A stretch of 64,000 nucleotides of DNA from a virus (lineage: Duplodnaviria; Caudoviricetes), in IMG/VR virus record IMGVR_UViG_3300030330_004772, positions 10,686-74,685 of that record. One strand, given 5' to 3'. Positions within the stretch are counted from its first letter, which is position 1. Each line of letters opens with the position of its first letter. This document shows positions 38,422 to 47,248 of the stretch, piece after piece. The notes under the pieces are model-generated. The model was not told the origin of the DNA. It ran no database searches and saw only the letters and a list, made by a program, of their open reading frames with translations. A program made the translations under genes and the position numbers.

Positions 38422-39578
38422 TTTTTTCCTCTATTTGATCTTATATTTATAAACTTTTTTGTGGTTTGTCTTTTAACTGATTTAATTTCTTGTTTTTTAA
38501 CTGGTTTAACTTCTTGTTTTTTAACTGGTTTAACTTTTGGTTTTTTAACTGATTTAACTTCTTGTTTTGGTTCTTGCTTTGAGTTAGTAATGGTTAAATC
38601 TTTTATATTTGTTACTTCATTTTTTTTTATTTTTTTTACTGATTCACTTTGTTTTTGAGGTAAAACTTTTGTAATTTTAGGTTTGATACTTTCTAAAACA
38701 TTTAAATCTTCTTTACTTTTTATTTTTTTAATTGGTGTATTAATAAAAAATTGTTTTTTTAATTTATCTATTATATGAGATTCTAAAATATCTTCTACCT
38801 TTTGAGTTGGGTTTTTAAAATATCTTTTATAATTTCCTTTTTCTTTATATAAATTTCTTCTGGTTTTTGATATTTTATTAGCTCCGTCAGTAAAAAGACA
38901 TTTTAATAATCCATTAAACCTATATCTTTTAATTTTACCTATTTTAGTGAACAACCAATTATCTACAAATTTTTTAGGCCATGGTGAACTCATATTTTTT
39001 ACTAAATTTGTTTTAGTCGCAATTAGAACACCTGTTTTAGGTATTTCATTTGTGTATGATGCAGTTACAAAAGTATTTAAATTAAAAAATAATGCCTCCC
39101 CTATTTCAAACCAATTATAACCACTTTCTAAGATAGTATGAGTTATTTCTATTCTGTTAGGTGGTGAGTAATCATCTGATGCAGTAAGTAGAAAACTACT
39201 ACCTAATGATGCGTGAGCAATTATCCACCATTTTTTAGATAAAGGTGTACGAAATTCTATTACTTTTTCAGTCTCTGAACAAATCTCTTTTTTAATTGGG
39301 ATGGGTATATAAGAAATTCTAGCACATCCCGCTTCTTTTAATCTATCACTATACGATAATATCATTTCTTTTCCTGCCATATTTGGTGTTACGTCTTCAC
39401 ATACAACTAATTCCCATATATACTGGGTTTCTTGTCTACATAAACTTTCTAATTGTAACCATATTATATCTTTGTTTTCCCATGTTGGTAGGGCAACTGT
39501 TACTTTAATATTAGAGACATATTTTTCATTCAACCACACTGTCCCTCCCCATGACCGAAGATTTTTTATATTTTTCAT
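38418..39578 (-). CDS. GT-A-like glycosyltransferase with a Lys-rich C-terminal tail
   Basis: VALPTWENK..LESLCRQET...ELVVCED, SDDY; tail with KPVKKQEV repeats. Confidence 0.65.
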   Translation of the reverse strand: MKNIKNLRSWGGTVWLNEKYVSNIKVTVALPTWENKDIIWLQLESLCRQETQYIWELVVCEDVTPNMAGKEMILSYSDRLKEAGCARISYIPIPIKKEICSETEKVIEFRTPLSKKWWIIAHASLGSSFLLTASDDYSPPNRIEITHTILESGYNWFEIGEALFFNLNTFVTASYTNEIPKTGVLIATKTNLVKNMSSPWPKKFVDNWLFTKIGKIKRYRFNGLLKCLFTDGANKISKTRRNLYKEKGNYKRYFKNPTQKVEDILESHIIDKLKKQFFINTPIKKIKSKEDLNVLESIKPKITKVLPQKQSESVKKIKKNEVTNIKDLTITNSKQEPKQEVKSVKKPKVKPVKKQEVKPVKKQEIKSVKRQTTKKFINIRSNRGKK

Positions 39579-39617
39579 ATACCCTATAAATATTTAATAT
39601 GATCATTAAAAAAAAAA

Positions 39618-40376
39618 TTATATTGTAATTTGTTTGTAAAATTTATTCTTTAATTTATCAATTAAATTTGGGGGTAAAATATCCTCTAAATTTTGTTTAG
39701 GTTCACTAAAATATGTATTTATTTTTTTTAAATATCCATTTTTTCTACCTAAAGAAATTTTATTTTGTCCGTCTGTATGTAAACCTAAAAATGGTTGCGT
39801 ATGTCTATATCTTGGATATATATTGTACTTATTTCTAATCCAAGAATCTACACCTTTTTCTGGCCAAGGACCAACTAATCTTTTCATATACGAAGTTTTA
39901 GTACCCATATATAAACCTGTATCATTGGGTTGATTATTAAATGTCGCGGAAACAAATGTATTTAAATCTAAAAATAAACCACAACTTACGTCTACCCAAT
40001 TAAAACCATCTTTTATTTTATTATGTGTAAACTCTATTCTATTAGGTGGTGAGTAATCATCAGATGAGGCAAGTAAAAAAGTACTCCCTACAGAATTATC
40101 TGCAATTATTTTCCATTTTTTAGATAGGGGAATGTGGTTTTCTAAAGATAAATAACTAATTTGTTGACATCCCGCTTCTTTTAATCTATCACTATACGAT
40201 AATATCATTTCTTCTCCTGCCATATTATTAGTTTGTTCTTCACAGACAACTAATTCCCACTTATACTGTGTTTCTTGTCTACATAAACTTTCTAATTGTA
40301 ACCATATTATATCTTTATTTTCCCATGTCGGTAAACCTACAGTTACCTCTATATTATTTTTTACCATGATAAACAA
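39618..40376 (-). CDS. GT-A-like glycosyltransferase, paralog of 38418..39578
   Basis: Long near-identical protein and DNA stretches shared with the neighbouring gene. Confidence 0.65.
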   Translation of the reverse strand: MFIMVKNNIEVTVGLPTWENKDIIWLQLESLCRQETQYKWELVVCEEQTNNMAGEEMILSYSDRLKEAGCQQISYLSLENHIPLSKKWKIIADNSVGSTFLLASSDDYSPPNRIEFTHNKIKDGFNWVDVSCGLFLDLNTFVSATFNNQPNDTGLYMGTKTSYMKRLVGPWPEKGVDSWIRNKYNIYPRYRHTQPFLGLHTDGQNKISLGRKNGYLKKINTYFSEPKQNLEDILPPNLIDKLKNKFYKQITI

Positions 40377-41112
40377 TATTACTGACTTCTTGTAATTTTT
40401 TCACAAATGGAGAATATTTACTGTTTCTTACATCATTTAATTTAGTTTTATCCCAAACCCAATTATTTCTTTCACCCTCTAAGTAATGTGTGCCGTGCCC
40501 TCTAGGTTCTCCATTATCCCAAGCTTTTCTTCTTCTTTTTAACGTTTCTGCCCTTTCTTCTTTAGTCTTAGTATTACCATAATTAATCATTATACCATTA
40601 ATGTTACCTGTTCTTTGACCAGGAAATGAAACATCGTCAGCCAAATATCTCATCTGTGGATTATATTTATGTATCATTTTAAATCTATTAACAGTCCCAT
40701 AATAAAAATAAGTGTTAAAAGGGTCAAAATTATCTCTTATTTCTCCAGTATTGAAGAAATTTACACATTCTATCCATGCTAAGTTAAAACCCTGTCTATC
40801 TAACTTTTCTAACTCATCATGTAAAGGATTTAAGGTGACAGGAAATAAATCACATCCATTATATATTGCCCAATCAGGTTTTAATCTATGTAAAGTTTTA
40901 ACTATATCGTCTTGAAGTGCTCTTAAATCAAAAGAATTGTCAGTATCAATTCTATGAGAAGGTATATTATTTTCTTGTAACCATTCCCATGTACCATCAT
41001 CCGACATATTATCAATAAAATAGGGTTCTAATTTATTTTGTCTACAATATTCTACCTTTAATGGTAAATATTCAATCTCATTCCATACTGTTAATATACA
41101 TACTACTCTCAT
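40354..41112 (-). CDS. GT2-like glycosyltransferase
   Basis: VWNEIEYLP...FIDNMSDDGTWEWL. Confidence 0.75.
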   Translation of the reverse strand: MRVVCILTVWNEIEYLPLKVEYCRQNKLEPYFIDNMSDDGTWEWLQENNIPSHRIDTDNSFDLRALQDDIVKTLHRLKPDWAIYNGCDLFPVTLNPLHDELEKLDRQGFNLAWIECVNFFNTGEIRDNFDPFNTYFYYGTVNRFKMIHKYNPQMRYLADDVSFPGQRTGNINGIMINYGNTKTKEERAETLKRRRKAWDNGEPRGHGTHYLEGERNNWVWDKTKLNDVRNSKYSPFVKKLQEVSNIVYHGKK

Positions 41113-42644
41113 TGTATTATTTTTATATGTTGTTGTAATTTGTTTACATTAGAAGACACAAAAGGAAATAATCTCTCTCTATAATCATTTTGTAACCGAT
41201 CAATTTTTTTATCATCTTTATCTCTAGATTTACTTTCATAATGATACGCCACTGCAGAATGACATAAAATATTAGTTTTATTTAATTTTAATACTTCTAA
41301 ATTTAATTCTACATCTTCAAAACATTCAGTATATGTTGGGTTAAATCCATTAACTTTACTAAATAAATTTTTATTTATTAATAAAAGTGCGCCAGTATTA
41401 CCAATGACACTAGAATAACCTGTTTTTTCATACTTGTAATATTGTTTTAATTTATCATGTGTAATCTCAAAACGAGTTAATTTATTATCTTGTACCCATT
41501 CTCTTTTGATAAACATTAACATACCATAATGTTGTAAACTATTGTCTTCGAAATGTAGTCTTGCCCCCACAGTACCTACTGTATTTTTATTCCTATTATA
41601 AACATTTACCATTTCACTAATTGCATCATTTATTAATTCAATATCATTATTACAAAATAATAATAATTCACTATCTTGATCAATATAATGATTAGCCATT
41701 TCATTATTGATTTGGGCGAAATTATAATAATCAAACTCAACTAATTCTAAAATATCTTCATTTTTAACTCTTTCCCTTATTAAATCTATGTTTTCACTAT
41801 TACTTCCTGTGTCTGCAATATAAATTTTATAATTAGTATATTGTGTTTTATTTAAAATAGAATTAATACAACCAAATAATAACTCAATATTATCTTTAGT
41901 TGGGATTATTATTGATAATTTTGGTTGTTTATTGATTTTTTTAGTGTTGTTTTCATACAATACTTTAGTTGGTAATGTTTTAGGTAAAAATTCATCGTAA
42001 ATATCAACAAATTGTTTTCTATTATTTTCCCAATCTTCGTTAGTGGGACCCGGAGACTTATGAGTAATCTTTAAATCATAAACAACCCCTACTTTAACGC
42101 CTGATAAATGATTATTGAAGGTGAAATCTAAATCATAAAAATGAAATCCTTTAATCTCTTCATTAAAATTTTTCTTTATCCTATTTTTTTCCACTACAAA
42201 AAATAACCCATCTAAATTTAATGTTTCTAAAATATCATTACTATAATTACCCGAATATTTAGACACCCATGTTTTACCATTAACTGAATGAGTAACAACA
42301 CCAACCACTTTATTTAAATGATTCCCTTCTTTATCTTGCCACCATATACCATTTTGTGGTATTTCTGTTGTACCTGCAACACCTAAAATACCAAAATCAC
42401 TATTAGTAAAATGTGTTTGTATCTTTTTACCCCATTTAGGTTTGTTAAACCATATATCATCATGACAAAAAACCACTATATCATTAGTAGAATCTTTTAA
42501 CCCTTTATTATAAATTTCAGTAAGAGAATATTCTCCATTATTAATATATTCTAATATTTCTATATTTTTTATTCCACAACTTTTTTTTAAATGTTCTTTA
42601 AAATTATGTTGCTCCTCTCTCGTAGAATATACTATACTAATCAT
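41109..42644 (-). CDS. Tandem two-domain GT-A glycosyltransferase
   Basis: Domain 1: YNKGLKDSTNDIVVFCHDDI ... FHFYDLD. Domain 2: LSIIIPTKD...IADTGS...LLFCNNDIE...FEDVELNL. Confidence 0.85.
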   Translation of the reverse strand: MISIVYSTREEQHNFKEHLKKSCGIKNIEILEYINNGEYSLTEIYNKGLKDSTNDIVVFCHDDIWFNKPKWGKKIQTHFTNSDFGILGVAGTTEIPQNGIWWQDKEGNHLNKVVGVVTHSVNGKTWVSKYSGNYSNDILETLNLDGLFFVVEKNRIKKNFNEEIKGFHFYDLDFTFNNHLSGVKVGVVYDLKITHKSPGPTNEDWENNRKQFVDIYDEFLPKTLPTKVLYENNTKKINKQPKLSIIIPTKDNIELLFGCINSILNKTQYTNYKIYIADTGSNSENIDLIRERVKNEDILELVEFDYYNFAQINNEMANHYIDQDSELLLFCNNDIELINDAISEMVNVYNRNKNTVGTVGARLHFEDNSLQHYGMLMFIKREWVQDNKLTRFEITHDKLKQYYKYEKTGYSSVIGNTGALLLINKNLFSKVNGFNPTYTECFEDVELNLEVLKLNKTNILCHSAVAYHYESKSRDKDDKKIDRLQNDYRERLFPFVSSNVNKLQQHIKIIQ

Positions 42645-42792
42645 TTTTTATCTCTTCTAGTTCCTTCTCTAAAACTTTTAACTTTTTTTTATAGTCTTCA
42701 GTCATCATATGTCCGTTATAGTCCCCCATAACAATTTCTAATTTTACTCTTTGAATTTCTTTTAATAATTCATCTAATAATCTTTTTTTCAT
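42637..42792 (-). CDS. 51-aa coiled-coil hypothetical protein (not in ORF track)
   Basis: Manual translation: MKKRLLDELLKEIQRVKLEIVMGDYNGHMMTEDYKKKLKVLEKELEEIKND*. It fills the gap between dut and the GT gene. Confidence 0.55.
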   Translation of the reverse strand: MKKRLLDELLKEIQRVKLEIVMGDYNGHMMTEDYKKKLKVLEKELEEIKND

Positions 42793-42797
42793 TTCAT

Positions 42798-43385
42798 TTA
42801 TATTTTACCAGTACTACCAAATCCAGACACCCCTCTTTCTGTGTTACTTAAATTATCTTTATTAATTAATTTTGAAAAATTAGAGTTTATTACATTAGCA
42901 ATAACACCCTGAGCAATTCTGTCTCCTGCATTAATAATATAGGGTTCGTTACTTAAATTTACTAAAATAATACCCACTTCTCCTCTATAATTAGAATCTA
43001 CAGTACCTGGTGTATTTAAAACAGTAATACCGTGTTTTAATGCCATACCCGATCTAGGTCTAACTTGTAACTCAATATTTTTAGGTAATTCAAAATACAA
43101 ACCAGTTGGGATTAATTTTCTTTCTAATGGATTAAGTGTTATTGAAGAATCTATATCTGCTCTAAAATCAAAACCACTATCGTCTACGTGCTGATATACG
43201 GGATTATCGTTTTGGGATGTGTTTTTATAATATATTTTTATAAGATTATCACCTTTTTCACTTATCTTTTCTAATTCTTTTATGGTTTCACTATAATCTA
43301 TATCTTCATTAACACCCATTTTATTTAAACCACTAATAATATCAGTCATTTTTTTTAAGTCTTCTAGTTCTTCTTTAATGTTCAT
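42798..43385 (-). CDS. dut: Trimeric dUTPase
   Basis: SGFDFRA, RPRSG, GTVDSNYRGEV, GDRIAQ, RGVSGFGSTG. Confidence 0.95.
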   Translation of the reverse strand: MNIKEELEDLKKMTDIISGLNKMGVNEDIDYSETIKELEKISEKGDNLIKIYYKNTSQNDNPVYQHVDDSGFDFRADIDSSITLNPLERKLIPTGLYFELPKNIELQVRPRSGMALKHGITVLNTPGTVDSNYRGEVGIILVNLSNEPYIINAGDRIAQGVIANVINSNFSKLINKDNLSNTERGVSGFGSTGKI

Positions 43386-43387
43386 AT

Positions 43388-43951
43388 TTATAAAGTTTTT
43401 TCTTCTATTATTGCTAATTCATTAGCTTGTTTAAGAATAGTTGATAGTGTACTACTATACCATTTAGATTGTTTATCATCTTCTGGTTTATCGTAATTTA
43501 CTATGGCCTGATATTCTTCTTCAGTTAAAGAAATCCCATATTTCATTGCATAATAAACCGATCTTTCCCCAACTCTCATTGATGTTAGTTCTTCATTAAA
43601 ATCATACATTTTTCCTTGATTATTACGATGCCATTCTGATTCACACCATTTGTAGAGAAATGTTTTACCTATTTGATGAAGAAAGCATACTTTTACTATT
43701 GATTGTGCATCTACCTCTATAGATTTAGGTAATAATTTATTAATCCCTATTGCATATTTGGTTGTTTTTAATACATGATCTATTAACCCACCAGGAAATG
43801 CATTATGTAAAGATTTCATAGTAGATGCAGGTGCAGTCAGTAAATCTTCACCTAAATACTCTAATAATTCTTTATTTAAAATTCCATATAATTCATTCTT
43901 TTCTAAAAAAGTTTGATTATTCTTATTGATTTTTTCTTTTAGTTCTATCAT
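43388..43951 (-). CDS. HD-domain-like protein (YhaM-like) with HQ in place of HD
   Basis: HNAFPGGLIDHVL ... VCFLHQIGK. Confidence 0.65.
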   Translation of the reverse strand: MIELKEKINKNNQTFLEKNELYGILNKELLEYLGEDLLTAPASTMKSLHNAFPGGLIDHVLKTTKYAIGINKLLPKSIEVDAQSIVKVCFLHQIGKTFLYKWCESEWHRNNQGKMYDFNEELTSMRVGERSVYYAMKYGISLTEEEYQAIVNYDKPEDDKQSKWYSSTLSTILKQANELAIIEEKTL

Positions 43952-43981
43952 ATTATAATATTTTTAATAAAGATAGGTATT

Positions 43982-45241
43982 TTAATTTACAACGTCAAAT
44001 ACCTCTTCTTCTTTTTTTATTATAATTTGTTTATATAATTTAGCTCTTTCTGTACAAACACTTTTCATGTCGTATTTACCATTAACTGTATTATATAAAT
44101 TTTCACCTAAAGTTTTTATCAATGAAGGATTTTCAATTAACATTTTTATATGTTTAAACCAAAACTTATGATTTTTATTTTCAGGTATAAGAATAGCGTT
44201 TCCATTTTCTAAATCCATTTCCCCACCTCTTTGATATGCATTAATAATATCAATTTGATATGGTCCTATGTCTTGTGCAATCAAAGCTTTTTTATGAAAT
44301 CCTGCCTCAATTACCTTAAGTTGTGATTTTACTTTATTAAAAGTACTATCTTTAAGTGGTGCTAATGATACATCAAATAAGTTATAATTACTAGCGTAAG
44401 AAGTTATTGGTTTAGTCCACACTCTTCTATATGGTTCATTGTTAACATTATCGTATTCTTTATTTTCAAAACGTAATAAAAAATCTTTATATTCATCACT
44501 AACAATTTTATAATTATCTGTAAATATCTTTTCATATTTATACCATACACTCTCCTCTGGTTTTATATCTCTTTGTGTTTGTTTACCAGTTTTCCTATCT
44601 ATAGTTGTCATAGTCCCTCTTAAATCATAACCACATAAAACAAATTGCACCTTATCTATAAGTCCTGCAGATTTAATATTATTAACTACGTTATTAAGGA
44701 TTTCTAAATCTTTTAAATGTGAAGAACCCCCTAACCACCCAATTCTTACTCTATCACTTTTTTCTGTATTATTTTGATATTGTTTTTCTTTTGGATTTAT
44801 TGCGTTAGGTAATACAAAAACGTTTTTATTTAATCTTGATATTTCATCAGCAAAAATCTGAGTGGTAGTAGTGATATTTCTTGCCACTTTTAAATTATGT
44901 ACAATTTTTTTATCTAAACCATTTTTTTTAATTATTTCCCATGCAGGATGGTTAGGTCCGGGAGACCAATGATCATCTAAATCCATAATAGTTTTAACAC
45001 CTAATTTATCACACCTATCTAATACTTCTTCCATTTTTTCATACGAACCTAAAGTTCTATGATAATGTATTAAATCATATTTTTTTAAAAAATTTTCATT
45101 TTCTAATTCAGGTTCATAATCTATATCTACATAAAAATCATTAGGAAAATATTCTTCTAATTTAATATGTGGAATTGTAGAACGGTAATATGATACACCA
45201 GTTCTATCACTAGGTACTACTAATACTTTAATTTTTGACAT
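43982..45241 (-). CDS. GT4-like (GT-B) glycosyltransferase
   Basis: GVSYYR, DLDDHW, VLPNAI, IGWLGGSSHLKDL, DVSLAPL...FNKVKSQLKVIEAG. Confidence 0.8.
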   Translation of the reverse strand: MSKIKVLVVPSDRTGVSYYRSTIPHIKLEEYFPNDFYVDIDYEPELENENFLKKYDLIHYHRTLGSYEKMEEVLDRCDKLGVKTIMDLDDHWSPGPNHPAWEIIKKNGLDKKIVHNLKVARNITTTTQIFADEISRLNKNVFVLPNAINPKEKQYQNNTEKSDRVRIGWLGGSSHLKDLEILNNVVNNIKSAGLIDKVQFVLCGYDLRGTMTTIDRKTGKQTQRDIKPEESVWYKYEKIFTDNYKIVSDEYKDFLLRFENKEYDNVNNEPYRRVWTKPITSYASNYNLFDVSLAPLKDSTFNKVKSQLKVIEAGFHKKALIAQDIGPYQIDIINAYQRGGEMDLENGNAILIPENKNHKFWFKHIKMLIENPSLIKTLGENLYNTVNGKYDMKSVCTERAKLYKQIIIKKEEEVFDVVN

Positions 45242-45304
45242 ACTTTTAAATTTTATTAAAATATAAGTTATTTTATTAACAAATTAAAGTTTTTAATGGT
45301 ATTA

Positions 45305-45336
45305 TTTGGTAGTTTAAAATATTTTTTGTAATTTAG
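45305..45336 (+). promoter_or_regulatory. Bacteroidota-type promoter
   Basis: TTTGGTAG(45305)...N20...TAATTTAG(45329); nearly duplicated at 45659. Confidence 0.55.
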
Positions 45337-45357
45337 TATTATAAAAATTAAATAACT

Positions 45358-45642
45358 ATGAAATATTTTAATAGACATGAATGTATGAGTAAAGAAACTC
45401 TAAGGATAATTGGTGAGGCAACAACGGAACTATTTGGTGTAGATGGTGTTAGCCCTTTTGGTGGTGTAGGTAATATGTTATACGGTTTGTATGACGGTTT
45501 TGACTACTCAGATAAAATTCGTTCACACGAAGATATGGAAACCATTAAAAATCAAAAAATGGATTTGTATGAAAAGATTTTAAATATCTGTAAGGATATA
45601 GATACATACCCTAAACACGAACATGATGTAACAGTACATTAA
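45358..45642 (+). CDS. Hypothetical early protein
   Basis: ORF track; own promoter. Confidence 0.6.
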   Translation: MKYFNRHECMSKETLRIIGEATTELFGVDGVSPFGGVGNMLYGLYDGFDYSDKIRSHEDMETIKNQKMDLYEKILNICKDIDTYPKHEHDVTVH

Positions 45643-45658
45643 AAAAACTTCTAAAAAG

Positions 45659-45689
45659 TTTGGTAGTTTAAAAATTTTTTGTATCTTTA
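45659..45689 (+). promoter_or_regulatory. Bacteroidota-type promoter
   Basis: TTTG(45659)-N19-TATCTTTA(45682). Confidence 0.6.
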
Positions 45690-45709
45690 CAATATCAAAT
45701 CAAATAACT

Positions 45710-46276
45710 ATGGGAAATTCAGAAATAACAATCAGAGTACAAAACTACAACGGTAATAACGGATTTATTAATTCATTACAGAATGGGTTAAAAAAATATG
45801 GTAAATTAACCGAAAGACAACTTTTGTCGGCAGGTAAATTTTTTACTAAACTTAATAATCCAACTCAAACACAACAACCTAAAGAGGTTAATGTGGATAT
45901 CAAAATTACTAAATTCATTGCTAAGAGAGTTGCGGAAGAGAATGAATTAGAGTTTAGACCTTTTTTAATGACTATTAGTAAGGTTTTGAAAGAGACTGAA
46001 AGAGCGTATCAAGTAGTTGGTAAACTAACTGTCTCAGATGTTTCATCTTGTAGAGTATGTGGTAGAGATTTAACGGATTGGAGATCACAGGCTACTGGTG
46101 TAGGACCAGTTTGTTCTAAAACATTAGGCATACCATATGTAAAGAATGAATTAGATGTTGCAGTTTATAAGAAACTACTTAAAATGAAAATTGATAAAAT
46201 TGGAGATTTAACTTTTTGGTTGGCAAAATCACAAATTGTGGAAGGAAGGGAAGATTTAGAAAATAGTCTAAAATAA
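45710..46276 (+). CDS. DUF6011-like zinc-finger protein
   Basis: CRVCGRDLTDWRSQATGVGPVC. Confidence 0.7.
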   Translation: MGNSEITIRVQNYNGNNGFINSLQNGLKKYGKLTERQLLSAGKFFTKLNNPTQTQQPKEVNVDIKITKFIAKRVAEENELEFRPFLMTISKVLKETERAYQVVGKLTVSDVSSCRVCGRDLTDWRSQATGVGPVCSKTLGIPYVKNELDVAVYKKLLKMKIDKIGDLTFWLAKSQIVEGREDLENSLK

Positions 46277-46305
46277 AAAAACCCTCTTCGGAGGGTTTCT
46301 TTTTA
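46275..46305. terminator. Bidirectional terminator between convergent genes
   Basis: A-run, AAACCCTC-TTCG-GAGGGTTT, T-run (UUCG tetraloop). Confidence 0.9.
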
Positions 46306-46857
46306 TACTCTTTTTTTCTTTTTTGTTGGTAGTGGTTTTAATTTACCACCGAATATTGTATCACCTATTTTGATTTTAATATCTTCAGTTACTAAAGATT
46401 TATCTAAATACTCTTCTACAACCTCTCTAACTACATCCCCTATCTCTTCTCTAACTATTTGTCTAATATCATTAGTTTCATAATTAGGTGTAGGTGTTGG
46501 TAATGGTTGTTGTGTGGGTACACTTTCATTTACTAAATCTTGTACATCCGCCAATTCAAAAGTATGATTAGGAGACTCAGGAATCTCTATTGGGTTGTTT
46601 ACCATTGCGTCTAATACTTCTTTAGGCATTTTAGATGTTTTTAAGTTTCTATATTGTCCCCCTTGTGGTGCAACTGATCTTGTTACCCCTTTACTATGTT
46701 TATTAATAAAATTTTCTGTTAGATTAGGAACTTCTTTCTCAATGTTTGTAGATGTCGGTGTATTACCATTGGAAGTAGTTCCGTGATTTTCTTCTGCCTT
46801 TTGCATCACTGCCCTAGATCTACTTAATATGTCTGCTAATTTATTTGCGTTACTCAT
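46303..46857 (-). CDS. Hypothetical late protein
   Basis: ORF track; contains LTE and VNE motifs. Confidence 0.6.
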   Translation of the reverse strand: MSNANKLADILSRSRAVMQKAEENHGTTSNGNTPTSTNIEKEVPNLTENFINKHSKGVTRSVAPQGGQYRNLKTSKMPKEVLDAMVNNPIEIPESPNHTFELADVQDLVNESVPTQQPLPTPTPNYETNDIRQIVREEIGDVVREVVEEYLDKSLVTEDIKIKIGDTIFGGKLKPLPTKKKKRV

Positions 46858-46859
46858 AA

Positions 46860-47228
46860 TTAATCAAATTGTGTTATATTATATATTTTTATCATATCTT
46901 TATCACCAGTAGGGTTAAATAATGGTTTAGCCTCGTTAAATGTACCACCTAATGTTCTTAAATTTTGCATTCTATCAACCCTAAACAATTTCCATCCTGG
47001 TTGTATAGTTTTAGTATCTCCACCTACTTGGTAAACTCTAACTACATCATTTCCTGCTTTCGAAACACCATAACAATACATTTGTATCCATCTTCTACCT
47101 TTTCCTCCTGGATCTTCTTCATCATCATAATTTAATTCCATGATTCTTCGCTTAAACATACCATTCATTATGTCGCCCCTACTAGCAACTTCTAATATAA
47201 GACTTTCTGCTAAATTGTAAAGTTTCAT
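46860..47228 (-). CDS. Stand-alone WYL-like domain protein
   Basis: ELNY...GRRWIQMYCYG...NDVVRVYQ...GWKLFRVDRMQNL. Confidence 0.65.
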   Translation of the reverse strand: MKLYNLAESLILEVASRGDIMNGMFKRRIMELNYDDEEDPGGKGRRWIQMYCYGVSKAGNDVVRVYQVGGDTKTIQPGWKLFRVDRMQNLRTLGGTFNEAKPLFNPTGDKDMIKIYNITQFD

Positions 47229-47248
47229 AAATTAATAATTATTCTTAA

